Part shown: positions 24,806-37,500 of the stretch, piece after piece | Layout: the number at the start of each line of letters is the position of its first letter | Position numbering within the stretch: the first letter of the stretch is position 1 | Notes under the pieces: generated by a model | The model's input: the letters and a program-made list of their open reading frames with translations, nothing else | Databases searched by the model: none | What the model was told of the DNA's origin: nothing | Source of the DNA: Massalongia carnosa | Taxonomy: Eukaryota | Length of the DNA stretch: 64,000 bases | Reading direction: 5' to 3' | Assembly (NCBI GenBank): GCA_965645245.1 | Contig: OZ287079.1 | Coordinates: 1,116,001 to 1,180,000 of the forward strand | Made by a program: the position numbers and the translations under genes

Positions 24806-26397
24806 ATGCGACGGAACGTTAAATTTAACCACAGGGGAAATAACGGGCAGGAAGGCAGGAGGCTGAGTGTATCCGAAATGAGTGAGGGCGCCTCAGAGCA
24901 GGGTAGTCCCACCAGAAATGGGATAAATGGAAAGGCCGAAGTAAGCAAAGAGGAGGTACACCTCTATTTCTCTATGAACATGTCAGTCTACTACCAGGGT
25001 GGAAGTAAACAATAATCGGTCCAGGGATCTTGACTAACAGGCATGTCCACGGCTAATGCTTAATGGGCTCGATATAGAGCGAACCCCCCCCGGTATCAGA
25101 ATACGAAAAGAAGAAACAAACCTTTATCACGCGGACGATATGGACGCTCGTAATGATTGCGGGCTTCTTCATCGCCATGTTCTCTGGGCATATCTATGTA
25201 ATTGGCATCGTTACCGCGATCCAGATCATCTCATTCAAGGAAGTCATTGCCATTGCCAATGTCCCGAGTCGCGCAAAGAACCTTCGCTTTACGAGGTCGC
25301 TTAACTGGTACTTCTTGGGGACGACTATGTACTATCTATATGGAGAAAGCGTAATATATTACTTCAAGCACATTGTACTAGTCGACCGGGTTTTACTCCC
25401 TTTCGCAACTCACCACCGCTTTATCAGCTTTATGCTCTACGTCATCGGTGAGTAGCCCTATCTTGTAACCAGCGGGAGGGGGACATATATCTTATAACCC
25501 TCCTCAGGCTTCGTCTTCTTCGTTGGCTCCTTGCAAAAAGGTCACTACCGCTTTCAATTCACCCAATTCGCCTGGACGCACATGGCGCTCTACCTGATCG
25601 TCGTGCAGGCACACTTCATAATGAACAACATCTTCGAAGGCATGATCTGGTTCTTTTTACCGGCCTCCTTGGTCATTACCAATGACATCTTTGCCTACAT
25701 CTGTGGCATCACCTTTGGCCGCACCCAACTCATAAAGCTTTCCCCTAAGAAGACGGTGGAGGGCTTCGTCGGCGCATGGATTCTTACTATCGTCTTCGGC
25801 TTCGCCATGACCAACATCCTAATGCGTTACAAGTACTTCATATGTCCTGTAAATGTACTTACTCACCCCTACCCCTTCGAAAATTTATCCACCCACTAAC
25901 CAGCCTCCCCAACCTTACAGGACCTAGGCGCCAATATTCTAACCGGTCTCTCCTGCACCCAAAACCCCGTCTTCATCCCCACTCAACACACCATCCCTTT
26001 CACGCACACCACCGTATCTGTCGCCCCAATGCAATTCCACATCCTCATTTTCGCTACTTTCGCCTCTTTAATTGCACCCTTTGGCGGCTTTTTCGCTTCG
26101 GGCTTGAAGCGAACCTTTAAAGTCAAGGATTTTGGTGAGTCCATCCCTGGTCATGGCGGCATCACCGATCGCATGGATTGCCAGTTCATCATGGGCTTCT
26201 TTGCCTTTATGTATTATCAAAGTTTCATCGCCGTATATACTACTAGCGTTGGAGACGTGATTGAGACGGCGATTCAAGGGCTGAGCGCGGACGAGATTGC
26301 GGATGTGGTGAAGGGGCTGACCAAGTATTTGGTTCTGAGGGGGGTGGTCGGGGAGAGGGCCGTAGATTGTTTAGGGCGGGAGCTAGGGCGAAGGTGA
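24806..26397 (+). CDS. CDS1: Phosphatidate cytidylyltransferase (CDP-diacylglycerol synthase)
   Basis: Four exons. Motifs LSPKKTVEGF and KDFGESIPGHGGITDRMDCQ (family signature), plus multiple TM helices. Confidence 0.96.
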
Positions 26398-26778
26398 GGG
26401 AAAATGAGTTTTAGACGTTGGCTAGGGTTTTAGGAGAATGTGCATGGAGTGGACTGTTGCGAAAGGCTAATTTCTGATCCCTTCTTTCTTTCTTATGTCT
26501 ATGGTCTTTATGAGCGTGTTCTGGACGTGGGCGGAGTCTGGGTTTCACGGCTTCTTTGTCTTCTCTTCTCTTTTTGGCTTCTTATGTTGTTAAATACCCA
26601 ACCCAAGCCCTGATTTCTTTATGTCTTTCCAAGGACCCAAATTAAGATTGTTACATATATCCTATCTTTGACGATGATGAAAACAAATACATACCAGAAA
26701 AGATCAATGGAAATAGAGAAACAACTATAGTCGGTCCAATGGAGTTGGGTGGAAGTCATACACCCCTAATACTCAGTT

Positions 26779-26857
26779 TATACCTATACCTATACCTATA
26801 CCTATACCTATACCTATACATATACCTATAGCTATACCTATACCTATACATACCTAT
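26779..26857. repeat. (TATACC)n hexanucleotide microsatellite
   Basis: About 13 near-perfect copies. Confidence 0.92.
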
Positions 26858-28111
26858 ATCCATGACTCGCCGCTAATAGGTAGGTATTATACATAGATCT
26901 TCGGCTCACAACGGGTCGAGAACGTTGCGTGGGGAGAAGAGGGGCATCCTTAAAGCAAGTACAGGCAATCGCGAGCGAGCGAGAAGCCATGGTTAAAAGA
27001 TAACACTAACTACCTACCTATCACCTACCTCTAAAATATATAGACCGCGTGATAAGGAGGAGAGAAACCCTTTCGTGTTTTTTTCCATAACCGATGTCCT
27101 GGGGATCGGGAAAAAAACACGCTCCGAAGACGCAGTTCGTAGGCGATCCAGACTGGGCGCCTGCTTCGCCCCCCGGCCATTGTCCTGGCGTTGATTAGGG
27201 ATGGAAGGACGTAAAGGGCGTTTTTGGGGGTAGATAGGTAGATAAAAAGGGTTCGAGCGGCGAGGTGCTTGATGATCTTGCCCGCTGCTGTTTCTTTGAG
27301 GGTTTGGGTTGGTAACTTGGCTCTTTACAAATGTTTTGTCTCGCGGGCGTGGGGGTTACTGGTAGAAATGGTGGCGGGATGGAAAGGGCGAAGCTGGGGG
27401 GTTATGATAGCTATTTCTAGCGTTCTATTTTTTGAGGCTTTTATAAGCAGCTAGCCAAATGCCTACATCATCCATCTGCATCTCAGATAGCAATCTATCC
27501 TTCGTCTCTGTTCCCCACACAGCCTCGCCACTCATACCCATCATTCAGCTTATTCTTAGCTCATAAAATTGACCGTAAGTCATGGCAAGCTGCTCCTCCC
27601 TCGAATGGTCGTATCTTACATCCGCAAAGTTTCTTCACATCTCAGGGCCGTCTTTCTCATACAGGGTTGGTCTCTCGGGCACCATGAACGATCAGCCCAA
27701 AATGTCCACCACCATCAGCGCCTAGTTCTCGGCTTTCTTCCACATTATTTTCTTCGAAAGCTCCTTCTTACGGGCCGATGAGACTTCTGAATTAGCAGCT
27801 AGGAAGGCAATACTTTGGTCGCCTAACGGCTCGCGATCTCGTCGCGCCAAGGTTTTGCCAGCTAACTTGCCCAGATTTCCTTCTCTAGAACTCGTTAAAT
27901 CGTCCCTGGCCGCCGCCTCTGCATCGTTCTCAGCGGTCCTATTCAAGCCATACCTTACCAGGTCCCCTTTTATTAGTTCCCCATCCTGCATACCACCACG
28001 GATTTCAACTTGCGGTGTTTGATCAACAGGGAGGCCCTAACCCGTACCAAACTCCAGCATCGGTACGTTAGCTTGTATCACCTCCACTCATTGCGAGCTC
28101 TCAAGGAAAGC

Positions 28112-29495
28112 TCAGACTCTTCTTCTTTCACTCCCGCGCTCCACCTCCACCTCGTACTCTTCCTCTTCAACCTTAAAGAAAGTCGAAACTGTCTGCTTTT
28201 CGTCTCTGGCGCGCTCTGGGTCGAGCATGAATCGAACCGTGCCGTCCTTTAACCCTGGTTTACTTATTCCATTGACGGATTGCGGGGACCGAGGCTCTTT
28301 GGAGAGGTCGTCGGCAGGGCTAGCAAGGGATTTAGAATCGCGGGAATGCCCGTTAGTGGCTTTGGTGCCGTTGGAGAGGGCTTTCTTTTTCGAAGTCGGT
28401 GTGTGGCGTGGATATTTGTTGGCTGAAGCTTCTTGGTTCAATGCGATACGTATGCCGATGAAGGTGTCAAGGACGTGTTCGTGGCCGACGATCGTGGTAG
28501 CTCGGTGGTGGGTGTAGAGATCAAGAAGATCGAGAAGCGTTTCTATCAAAGTGAGCACCGTAGGCGATAAGGGGGGGCGAGAGAGGAAAAGGATTGAAAA
28601 CCAACCCATGACTTCCGGTCGTGTGACTCGCCATTTTTTGTAGCCTTTGCCGGCTTCTAGTTCTGCAATGTTTTGCTCTAAGATCCGGCCTGAAAGCTCT
28701 ATGCAAGCCATGGCCAAGGTCGGTGTCGTCTGCTTGAGGGGCGCAAAGGTACGATACAGGTCCAAAGACATGTTGTAAGCAGTCTTTCCCACCGTTTCCT
28801 TATTAAGGTTGTAGTACTTTGCTATTTTCAGGACCAATCTCTGAGGATAGCGGTTCCGAAAATCGAACCCTGATGCCTCGAGCATGAGGCGCTCTAGACC
28901 AATGATTGTCTTGGAATGATTCTCAAACAGCTATTTGATGTCAGTCTTACTGGCTGATTGGTAAAGGAGAAAATCTTTACGGCATCATCGGGTGTAACTT
29001 GTTCTGCAGGAGTCAACTTCAGATTGTACGCGGCGCACAGAATCTCCTTGGACTTCTTCAATGTATCTTCAATTTTGCAAGCCGCAAACAGGGCCGCTGC
29101 AGCAGCATCCTAAATCAGTTAGATTTAAAAAGAAAGGACATCAACAAAATAGCTCACGATAAATCCATTATTATCGGGGTGGGCTAGCCGAAATTTTAAG
29201 TAATACACCACAGCGGTATTATACGTTCGTACTGGTCTAGATACCGTCAGCTTGATGCTATACGCAGTTGACACAGGAATCTACAATCCTACAGATGCAT
29301 TGCCTTGCGAACATTATCAATCCACGTAACGCCCTGTAGTCGAATGCCGTCGTCTTTGCCTTCGGTACTTCCTGCATGAGTGATACATTCTTGGACCGTA
29401 TATTGAAATACATATGGCTTGGCGAGTTGGATATAGGAAGGGTGAGGACCAGGTGGATTTACATCAGGTACTTCGGAAGCTTGCGAGGGAGCCAT
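28112..29495 (-). CDS. CTK2: RNA polymerase II CTD kinase cyclin subunit (Ctk2/cyclin K-like)
   Basis: Exons encode HPSYIQLAKPY..RLQGVTWIDNVRKAM, AALFAACKIEDTLKKSKEILCAA and GLERLMLEASGFDF: two cyclin boxes. Confidence 0.88.
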
Positions 29496-29682
29496 ACCTT
29501 CGTAGCCTAGAGGCAATCCAAATCTGAAGAATGAATAATATGGTTCTTGTTGTGGTTTTGAATGCGGATTTGATCTGAGCGCCGGGTAGTTCTGGAAACA
29601 GCTAGGCGGGACTTGGCTGTTCCTGCTTCCCTATGCATCAATGCCTGCAGTCAATGGTCCAGCGTAACTTCATTGCTCGTCT

Positions 29683-30738
29683 ATGATAATGGGTAACGGC
29701 AAAGTATATATCCTGTGTAGCTGGATACTTGCCATCGCCTGCTCCGCTGCCGTACTTCAGAAACCTGTTGCTGTTCTGCCGCCTGAAACTCCAACCTTAT
29801 CTCCTGCAAGCACACCAGGTTTTTTGCCTGTTGTGATATGGCACGGCTTGGGTGATACGTACGATCCGTGAACCTCTCTTCTTGAACCTAACTAAATATC
29901 TCCTAGTTACGATGCCGAAGGCCTCCACACCGTCGGCGCTCTCATAAATGACACAAACCCAGGAACGTACACCTACTATATCCGCCTGGACGATGACGCC
30001 TCCGCCGACCGCACCGCCACCTTCATCGGAAACTTAACCATTCAAATCGAAAAGGTCTGCGCCGACCTCGCCGCGCACCCCATCCTCTCCCAAGCTCCCG
30101 CCATCAACGCCGTCGGCTTCTCCCAAGGCGGTCAGTTCCTCCGCGCATACGTCGAGCGCTGCAACCGCCCGCGCGTAGCGAACCTAGTCACCTTCGGCAG
30201 CCAGCACAACGGCATCGCCGAGTTTCAGAAATGCGCGTCCAATGACTGGCTGTGTCGGGGTTGGGACGGCTTCCTGAAGGGCCAGACATGGACACATTTC
30301 GTGCAGAGCCGGCTCGTACCCGCGCAATATTTCCGCGATCCGGACGACTTAGATGCGTATCTGGAGAACAGCAATTTTCTGGCCGACATCAACAACGAGC
30401 GCTATTTCAAGAACGCCACCTACAAGGAGAATCTAAAGCAATTGGACAAGTTCGCCATGTACGTATTTGCGGACGACACGACCGTGGTGCCGAAGGAGAC
30501 GGCGTGGTTCAGCGAGGTAGATACCGCGACGGGACAGGTAACGAGGGTTCAGGAAAGGAAGTTGTACAAGGAGGATTGGCTTGGCTTGCGGTTTTTGGAC
30601 GAGCGGAAGAGGTTGGATTTTCGGGTAGCTGAGGGACGGCATATGCAGTTGACGGAGGAAATGCTGGTGGATGCGTTCAAGACGTATTTTGGATCTGGCG
30701 TGAAGGGCGCTGTGGATGTGGATGATATACCTATCTGA
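29683..30738 (+). CDS. PPT1: Palmitoyl-protein thioesterase 1
   Basis: Signal peptide, PVVIWHGLGD, one intron (~29858-29906), GFSQGGQFLRAYVERC nucleophile motif, QYFRDP. Confidence 0.93.
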
Positions 30739-31100
30739 TTATAAATATTTCCAAATCTCAAGAATTCCCCATGTACCTTTCTTTTGCCCACCCTTCTTGC
30801 CCATTTCCCGATCAGTCTTGCATAGCGATTATATTTCCACCAAGTGTGTGGATCTTTTCTCCGAAAGAGGCGGGGGGGGAGGGGGCGCAGAACGAGGGTT
30901 CAAGAAAAAAGTAAGGGAGAGGAGAAACAGATGAAAGACACAGGATACTGGAGATGAGGGAGAGAAGGAAAGAAAGGTGGAGCGAAGGTTTCTCAACACA
31001 AGATGATCCATAGCTAGCAATCTAGTCGAAGAACCCCAAACCTCCCTATTCCGCCCGGATATCCATGCAAACCGCCCCCATCATCTACCTACATATCTAG

Positions 31101-32499
31101 CTACGACGTATCCCCCCCACCCGTGGATTTCACCTTCGGTTTCTTCACCTTCTGCACCACCGTGACCTCGCCGTCGACGTCGGATTTCCGTTTCTGACCC
31201 ACGACGCCGGCCCTCAGCTCCTCTTTCTGCTTGCGCAGTTTCGCCCTGCGGTCTTTCATCTCGGCGGATAAGTCGTCGTCGACTGCTAGTTTTCTCTTTT
31301 TGCCAGCTTGGACTTCGTCGACAGGGGCAAACGTTCCGCCGTCTGCTTTTCCTTCTGTTGGCTCCTTTTGCTTCTTTTTCTTCTTTTTCTTCTCCTCGCC
31401 GTTTGCAGCCGCCCCGTCTTTCACCCCATCCTCCCCTTCCTTAGCTTCCCTGCCTTTCCGTTTCCCCGCCTGCTTTCCGGCCTCGATCCTTAATCGCGCC
31501 TCCTCATCCTCGAGTACATCTTCCTCCTCAACCCATAACTCCTCCGCCAACCAGATCGGCAGTGCCATCGTGTTCGGCCCCTTAATATGCACTGCCCTCA
31601 CGTTCCGCCATTTTTTCGTCACAAACTTCTCCACCATCCCATTCACCACCGCCTCGACATTCTCCGCCACCTGCTCCGGTGTGAACGACGCCAAGCCTAT
31701 ACGTACGGCTGTCGTCGCAGCGGGCGAGAGGTACACCTGAGCACAGGAGAGCGTGCGCTCAATCTCGCGTGCAACCTGGACGGGAGGCGCGATGGTCCTA
31801 TCATCAGCATCCTTTGGTTTTGGTGCCGACACACGTTTCCCCGAGGCGGGATCGCGCGGCTTGGAAGGCTCAAGGTCAACGGGGACGGGACGCTTCGAGC
31901 CGGATTTGTAGAAGGTTTTGCCGAGAATATTGGGTAGAAGGGTAATGATGCGCGCATCAGCGAGGAAGATGTCGTGGTCCGCAAGCAGCTGACGCCTGCT
32001 TTCGAATGATTTGTATCGGGCCTTAAGTTTCGAGATGCCTAGCACACGGGTGATACGCTTTGAGAGAGAGCCAGGGAAGGAAGGGTCGGCGACAGTATCT
32101 TTGAAGGGACGCTGCGGATCCGCGGTAAAGAGACAGATTGTGGTTGTGGGTAGGGTATTTATGGGATGTGGGAGGAGGATTTTTCCCGGCTTAAGACGCT
32201 TCTGGGCGACGATGTGTTTTTTTGTGGTGAGTACTAGCCAGATTGGTTCTATGGTGAGACTAGCATCTTCAGAGCTGTCATTTTGGTCGGCGAGAAGGTT
32301 TTTAGTGGTGCTAGAGGTATCTTTGCGGCTTGCTTCGGATTTTATATGCTTGAGGAGTGCGGCAGAAGCTTTGAGTGTCTTATCACTAATAAGTTTTATG
32401 TTTCAATCAATTCAGCGCAGAACCTACCTGGGTTTTCTCTAGCTGATAGGGCGACCCTGAATTGACTTTGCTTGTCAAAGCCTTTGATTCTGGCGCCAT
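31101..32499 (-). CDS. CIC1: Ribosomal L1 domain-containing nucleolar protein (Cic1/Utp30 family)
   Basis: Short first exon then a long exon. ICLFTADPQR, DIFLADARII..LGKTFY, HIKGPNTMALPIW and a Lys-rich tail. Confidence 0.85.
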
Positions 32500-32741
32500 T
32501 GTCGAATATACTTAACAAAAGGTGTATTGTGGAAAATACACAATTTGAAAGGTTCATGGCGGTAAAAAGATTATCCGTGATAACTACCGATTAGGGCAAG
32601 CAGGGGTCTTGTTATCTCGAGCTCCCCGCTGCGCTTTTGTCCTCTCTTTTGTCCTTTTGTCTAACAAGGAATTCACTTCAGCATATACAGCTTCGGATTC
32701 AGATGGAGATTGGCTCATTGGATTCTCCAAGTGCACCACAT

Positions 32742-34072
32742 TCATTTGTATAATAAGTCATCCACCATATCAGCAATCGCTAATGAACTCGTCAGTCCTG
32801 GACTCTCAATCCCCAGAAGATTAATAAAACCCTCAAACCCTTCTTCCTTTCGAATGATGAAATCCAAAAACCCTTCGCCTTTCCCTCTCCATACTGCACT
32901 TCCCTTTCCTAGTTTTGGCCTGATGCCGGAATAGTCTATAACGACTTTCTCTCTTTCGATCCCAGGGAGATATGCCTGGATCTCATCCAAGGCGGCCGAG
33001 AGCCAGGACTCATTAACGGAAAGATCATGCGGATCGTCAATCCACTCTACATCGGGACCAAAGCGGATAGCTCCTGTAAGGTCCATAGTAAGGTGAGTTC
33101 CTAGACCAGCAGCACCTGTGGTAGGCGCAGGATATAGAAGAATCTTGGGGCGCGGAGCCGAAGCAGCGTACGAATAGTACGAGCCCTTTGCATAAAGAGG
33201 TTTGATGTGACGGGATGGTGGAAGGATCTTGTTGGATAGTGGGACAGCAGCCAGGCCAGCACTGTTGATCAAGGTCTCGGCAGTGATGCAGATAGCTTCT
33301 GTGTAACGCGAGGAAACTGCGTTTATTTTATATCCAGCCGATCCTGAAGCCAGTGGCTCAACAGACATGACCGAAGTGTGGAACGCTATATCGCCCCCTC
33401 TTGCTTGAACATCGGCTTCAAGGTAAGACATGAGCAGGTGAGAATCCACGATCCCTGTGGTTGGGCTTTCAAGAACGGCTTCAAGCACTTGGACATCCGG
33501 CTCCCGCTCCTTCGCTTCCTCCAGAGACACAAAATGTGTCGGAACGCCGATAGATGTGGCAAAATCATGGATTTTCCAGAGCTCATCATGCTGCTGCGCG
33601 TTTTGCGCGAGCACCCATTTTTTACAATTTCTGTAAGGAATATCTTTGGTTGCACATAGATTATATATCATCTGCTTGCCCTTAAGACACAATGCTGTTT
33701 TCAGGGATGATGGGCCATAATAAAGCCCTGCATGAATGACCTTTAGGAACAGAAAGGGGTAAGTTGTGCTCCGACCAGCCGAGAGATACTCACTTCGGAG
33801 TTTCGACTACTTGTCTCTGTGCCAGCAGAGCCATGTCGCTCTATCAAAAGGGTGGAAGTCCCATCCCTGCCAGCTAATTTACGAGCAATCGCAAGACCAA
33901 CCACGCCAGCTCCAATGATCTAGGTCCTCTGCCCTCAGCTATAGGCTAACGGAGCTGAACGAGAAGATGCACCAACCACATGAGTAAAGTCCGCCTTCTG
34001 AGCTGCAGAACTGGAAATGGACCGGAATGCCATGTGTTTAAACAGTTGACCTCGAGGTGAACATACAAACAT
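32742..34072 (-). CDS. L2HGDH: FAD-dependent oxidoreductase, L-2-hydroxyglutarate dehydrogenase-like
   Basis: Mitochondrial-type presequence, [11 protein letters not shown]ossmann motif, [21 protein letters not shown] and [14 protein letters not shown]. Two introns. Confidence 0.9.
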
Positions 34073-34576
34073 ATTAGATAAGGCACTACAGGCGCATGCA
34101 GTTGTGAAAACAGTTTCCTACATCGCCAAGTTCATAAAGGGAATTTCGCCTAGTTCTACAATGGAAGCAATTCAGAAACGACTAACTGATAAAATGACGC
34201 TTCTCACGTGACTAACCACGAAAAGAGGTACTTACTGAGAAGATATCTAATCTAATCGTCGGCTAGTCTCTCGCTTACCTCGGCCGACTCGAGGCGTTCG
34301 CCTCTAGTCGGGGAAAGCAAAGTTCGGCGGAAAGCAAAGTTCGTCTTTTCGCAATTTTATTTCCATTCCATCAACACGACGCATTGATTTGATTTGATTA
34401 TTCTTACGCCGTTGTGTCACCGGCCGAAGGCCGGCCCATGCGGGAGATGCTATATAAGCTATGTAATAAGTAGAAAACCCAAAGGTGAAAAACTACTCCT
34501 GCGTATCCGCTTCATCGGGGGTTCGCCGCTCCCGCGGATTGATTCCTGTATCTCGAAAATCTGCGATACCTGTTTT

Positions 34577-37500
34577 TCAAACTGAAGAGAGACTGCCCGG
34601 CTGCTGTTCAAGCAGTTGCGTGGCAATGGAATACTGTGTTAAAATACCTGTGCGCATGAGCCACGCGGTTACTACTTTGAGAGCTTTGGGTTCGGTGATT
34701 AGCTTGCGGTAGTCTGACGAGCCTGCCGTTCGTAGCATGTGCGTTCTGTGTTCGTGCAGTCTGCAGAACATGATTACATGTTTGACTGTTTGTAAGAGGC
34801 TTCCGCAGGGACATGCCGCCGAGTTCACACCTGGGACCTTGCGCCGATATAGAAAGTTGGCCAATCCGATTTTTTCCGTTCTTATCTGTGTTGCTAGTGA
34901 GCTTTGCGCTTTGTCTAGTAACTTGTGTGCGTTAAGCCTTTTCCTGTGTATAGGCGCCTGTTGTGCGATCGTGGGATATAACGTGTGTTTTGCTTGATAT
35001 GCTTTCCACTTGTTGATCCACTGATTCTCAAAGTGCTTCTTTATTATCCCGTCTCGTTGGTTCTGCGTCGTTACTTGCGCTGTGCGTTGTCTCTTCTGTG
35101 CCTCGTCGATCGTTGTCCAGGGAGGGGGAGAGGGTTGATCCAGTTTATCTGTTTTCGGTGCGTCTTTCGTCATCTTTGTTACCCATTCTCGTTTACGAGT
35201 TCCCGGTGTTTTCTCTGCGACTCGCGATTGACCTCTTTTGCCTCTGAGTTTCACTTGAATTCTATTGCACGCCTGCTTTATAATTTTTTCCTGTTCGCTG
35301 TTCGAGATTCTGGATCTCGTTTTTGCTTGTAAGCGGTCTAGATGTTGCGTTAAGGGAGGGATGTGGGTTTCTGCCTGTAATACTTCAATTGGGGTAGCCT
35401 TGTACGCTCCGGCTATGACTCGTAAACACTTGTTTTGTATGACTTCGAGTTTGCCTCTTGATTCGACTTTGGCTTTCTTTCTTGCTTCGGCTGGCATGTG
35501 CCATGCTATCGAGCCGTGCGACATGGCGGGGCGTATCACTGCTGTGTACACGTGGCGGGCTCGTAGGAGGGTCGCCCCCCAGGTTGAGGCTGCGATTTTG
35601 GTCAGTGCCATTGTTTGTCTCGTCATTTTCTTCTGAATTTCCTTGTAATGCGCTGCCCAATCGAGTCTAGTGTCAATGTATACTCCCAGGACTCTTATCG
35701 AAGTCTTGGTCTTCAGGATCTTGCCTCTTACCGCGAAGGATGCGTCCAGGTTGAATTTCTTTGGATTCTTTGCCAGGTGTATCAGCTCGTATTTGTGTGG
35801 CGCGAATACGGAGCCGTGGCGAGCGGCCCATCGTTCGCAGTCGTTGTGTATTTTTTCCAGCGTTTTGCAATTCTCTTCGGTGGACTTTCCGTACGCCAGT
35901 ATATTGACGTCGTCTACGAAACCCATGCCCGCTGCGTTGGTACCTGGTCTATTGCAAATATCGAGTAAGTCTGCATTATAAAAGAGATATAGAATGGGAG
36001 ATAAAGGAGATCCTTGCGGAATTCCTATATTCAGCTGGAATGCGTTGGTTGTTCGTTGATTGATAGTGAGAGTGGTTTCTCTTTCCTTGAGGAAGCTTTC
36101 TGTCCATTTCGTGATCCATTCCGGAATTTTTCTCTTTCTCAGATTATGAATGAGCCTACGATGTGAAACCGTATCGAAGGCGCCTGAGACGTCGATACTA
36201 AGAAGCGATGCTACTTTGTCTTTCTCTTGATTCCAGACCGTGTGTACCTGCTCCGTGAGTAGTTCGAGCGCTGTGTCCGTTGCGCGGCCTGGTCTTGCTC
36301 CCATTTGCGTGTCTGGAATTAATCTGAGTTTTTCCGTTAAATAGCTTATTTTCCTTGCTATAATGGATTCTAGCATTTTTCCAAGCGTGTTTAGGAGCGC
36401 AATGGGTCTCCACGCCTTAGGATCCGCGTAAGTACTCTTTCCTGGTTTCTTCAGCGTGATGGTGTTGGCGGTTTTGAACGCTCGAGGATGATAACCCTGC
36501 TCTGCGCAGGCCTGGAACAGTGGTGTCAGCAACTTGATCAGATTTTCCGAGCATGCCTTGAGAATTCTATTTGTGATCCCGTCCGGACCGGGTGCCTTGT
36601 CTGGTTTCGACCTACGAAGCGCTGCCGCCACTTCTTCTTTCGTGATCAGGATGGGGCAGTCTGGGGTTTGCGGGTACGTGTATCCTACGATGTCGCTGAG
36701 ATCTGCGTCCGGGGGTAGGGGGAAGAAAGATTTCTTTAGCATTTTCGCTTTCTCCTCGAAGGTATTGGCTATCGTATCAGGGTCCTGGGTTGTGGCCAGG
36801 GGGGGCATTTTTGGGATTTCTCTGGGGGCGTCACTTTTGTTTTTACCCCACTTTGCTAGACGGAAGAGTCCGGATTGGGAAGTTGTGCTTGTGGCTATTT
36901 GCTGTTTAAAGCAGAGATTGTTTGCTTTACCGATAATTTTTTGTTTCTTATCGTTTGCTTTAACGTAGTTTTTCCAATCCGCTAGGTTTCTTTCCGCGGT
37001 CCAGATTCTTCGTAGCCTACGAGTCTCTCTTGTTGCGTCGTCGCATTCCTTATTCCAAAAGGGTTTCGCCTCCGGGCTTGGTCTGGCCCATGGTACTGCT
37101 TTATCTACGATTTCCTTGAGGTAATCCTGGATTTCCTTGGTATATTGATCGATTTCCTCGATGCTGTGCAGCATGCGTGGTGCGGGGGTTCTTTTCTCGA
37201 TTTCTTTTACCTTGTCCATGTTTAGAAGTTTCCAGGCCCTTCGTGGGAGCTTTGTCAGGGGTTCGCAGGAGAGCCGCAGTCTCGTTGAAATCGGTATGTG
37301 ATCGGAATCTTGATTCATCTCCGGGACCGTGGTGCAGTGTTCCAATCTCTCCGTTAAATCTTCTGTCATGAACACCAGATCAATGGTGCTGGTCGAGTTT
37401 CTTGCTTCCCATGTAATTGTTCCTCTTGGAAGTGTGAGAGAGAGATTTTTGTTTTCTATAATGTCCAGCAGTTGTTCGGACGCCTCGTGCTGTCCTCGTA

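Noticed and set aside
16638..34072. Lipid-metabolism gene cluster (PLA2, CDS1, PPT1) or mitosis cluster (STU1, ASK1, uvsD, MCM3)
   Set aside because: Ordinary housekeeping genes interspersed with unrelated functions; no evidence of co-regulation or a shared pathway
34386..34576. Self-cleaving ribozyme in the LINE UTR
   Set aside because: No hammerhead CUGAUGA/GAAA core or HDV-like fold could be identified by eye
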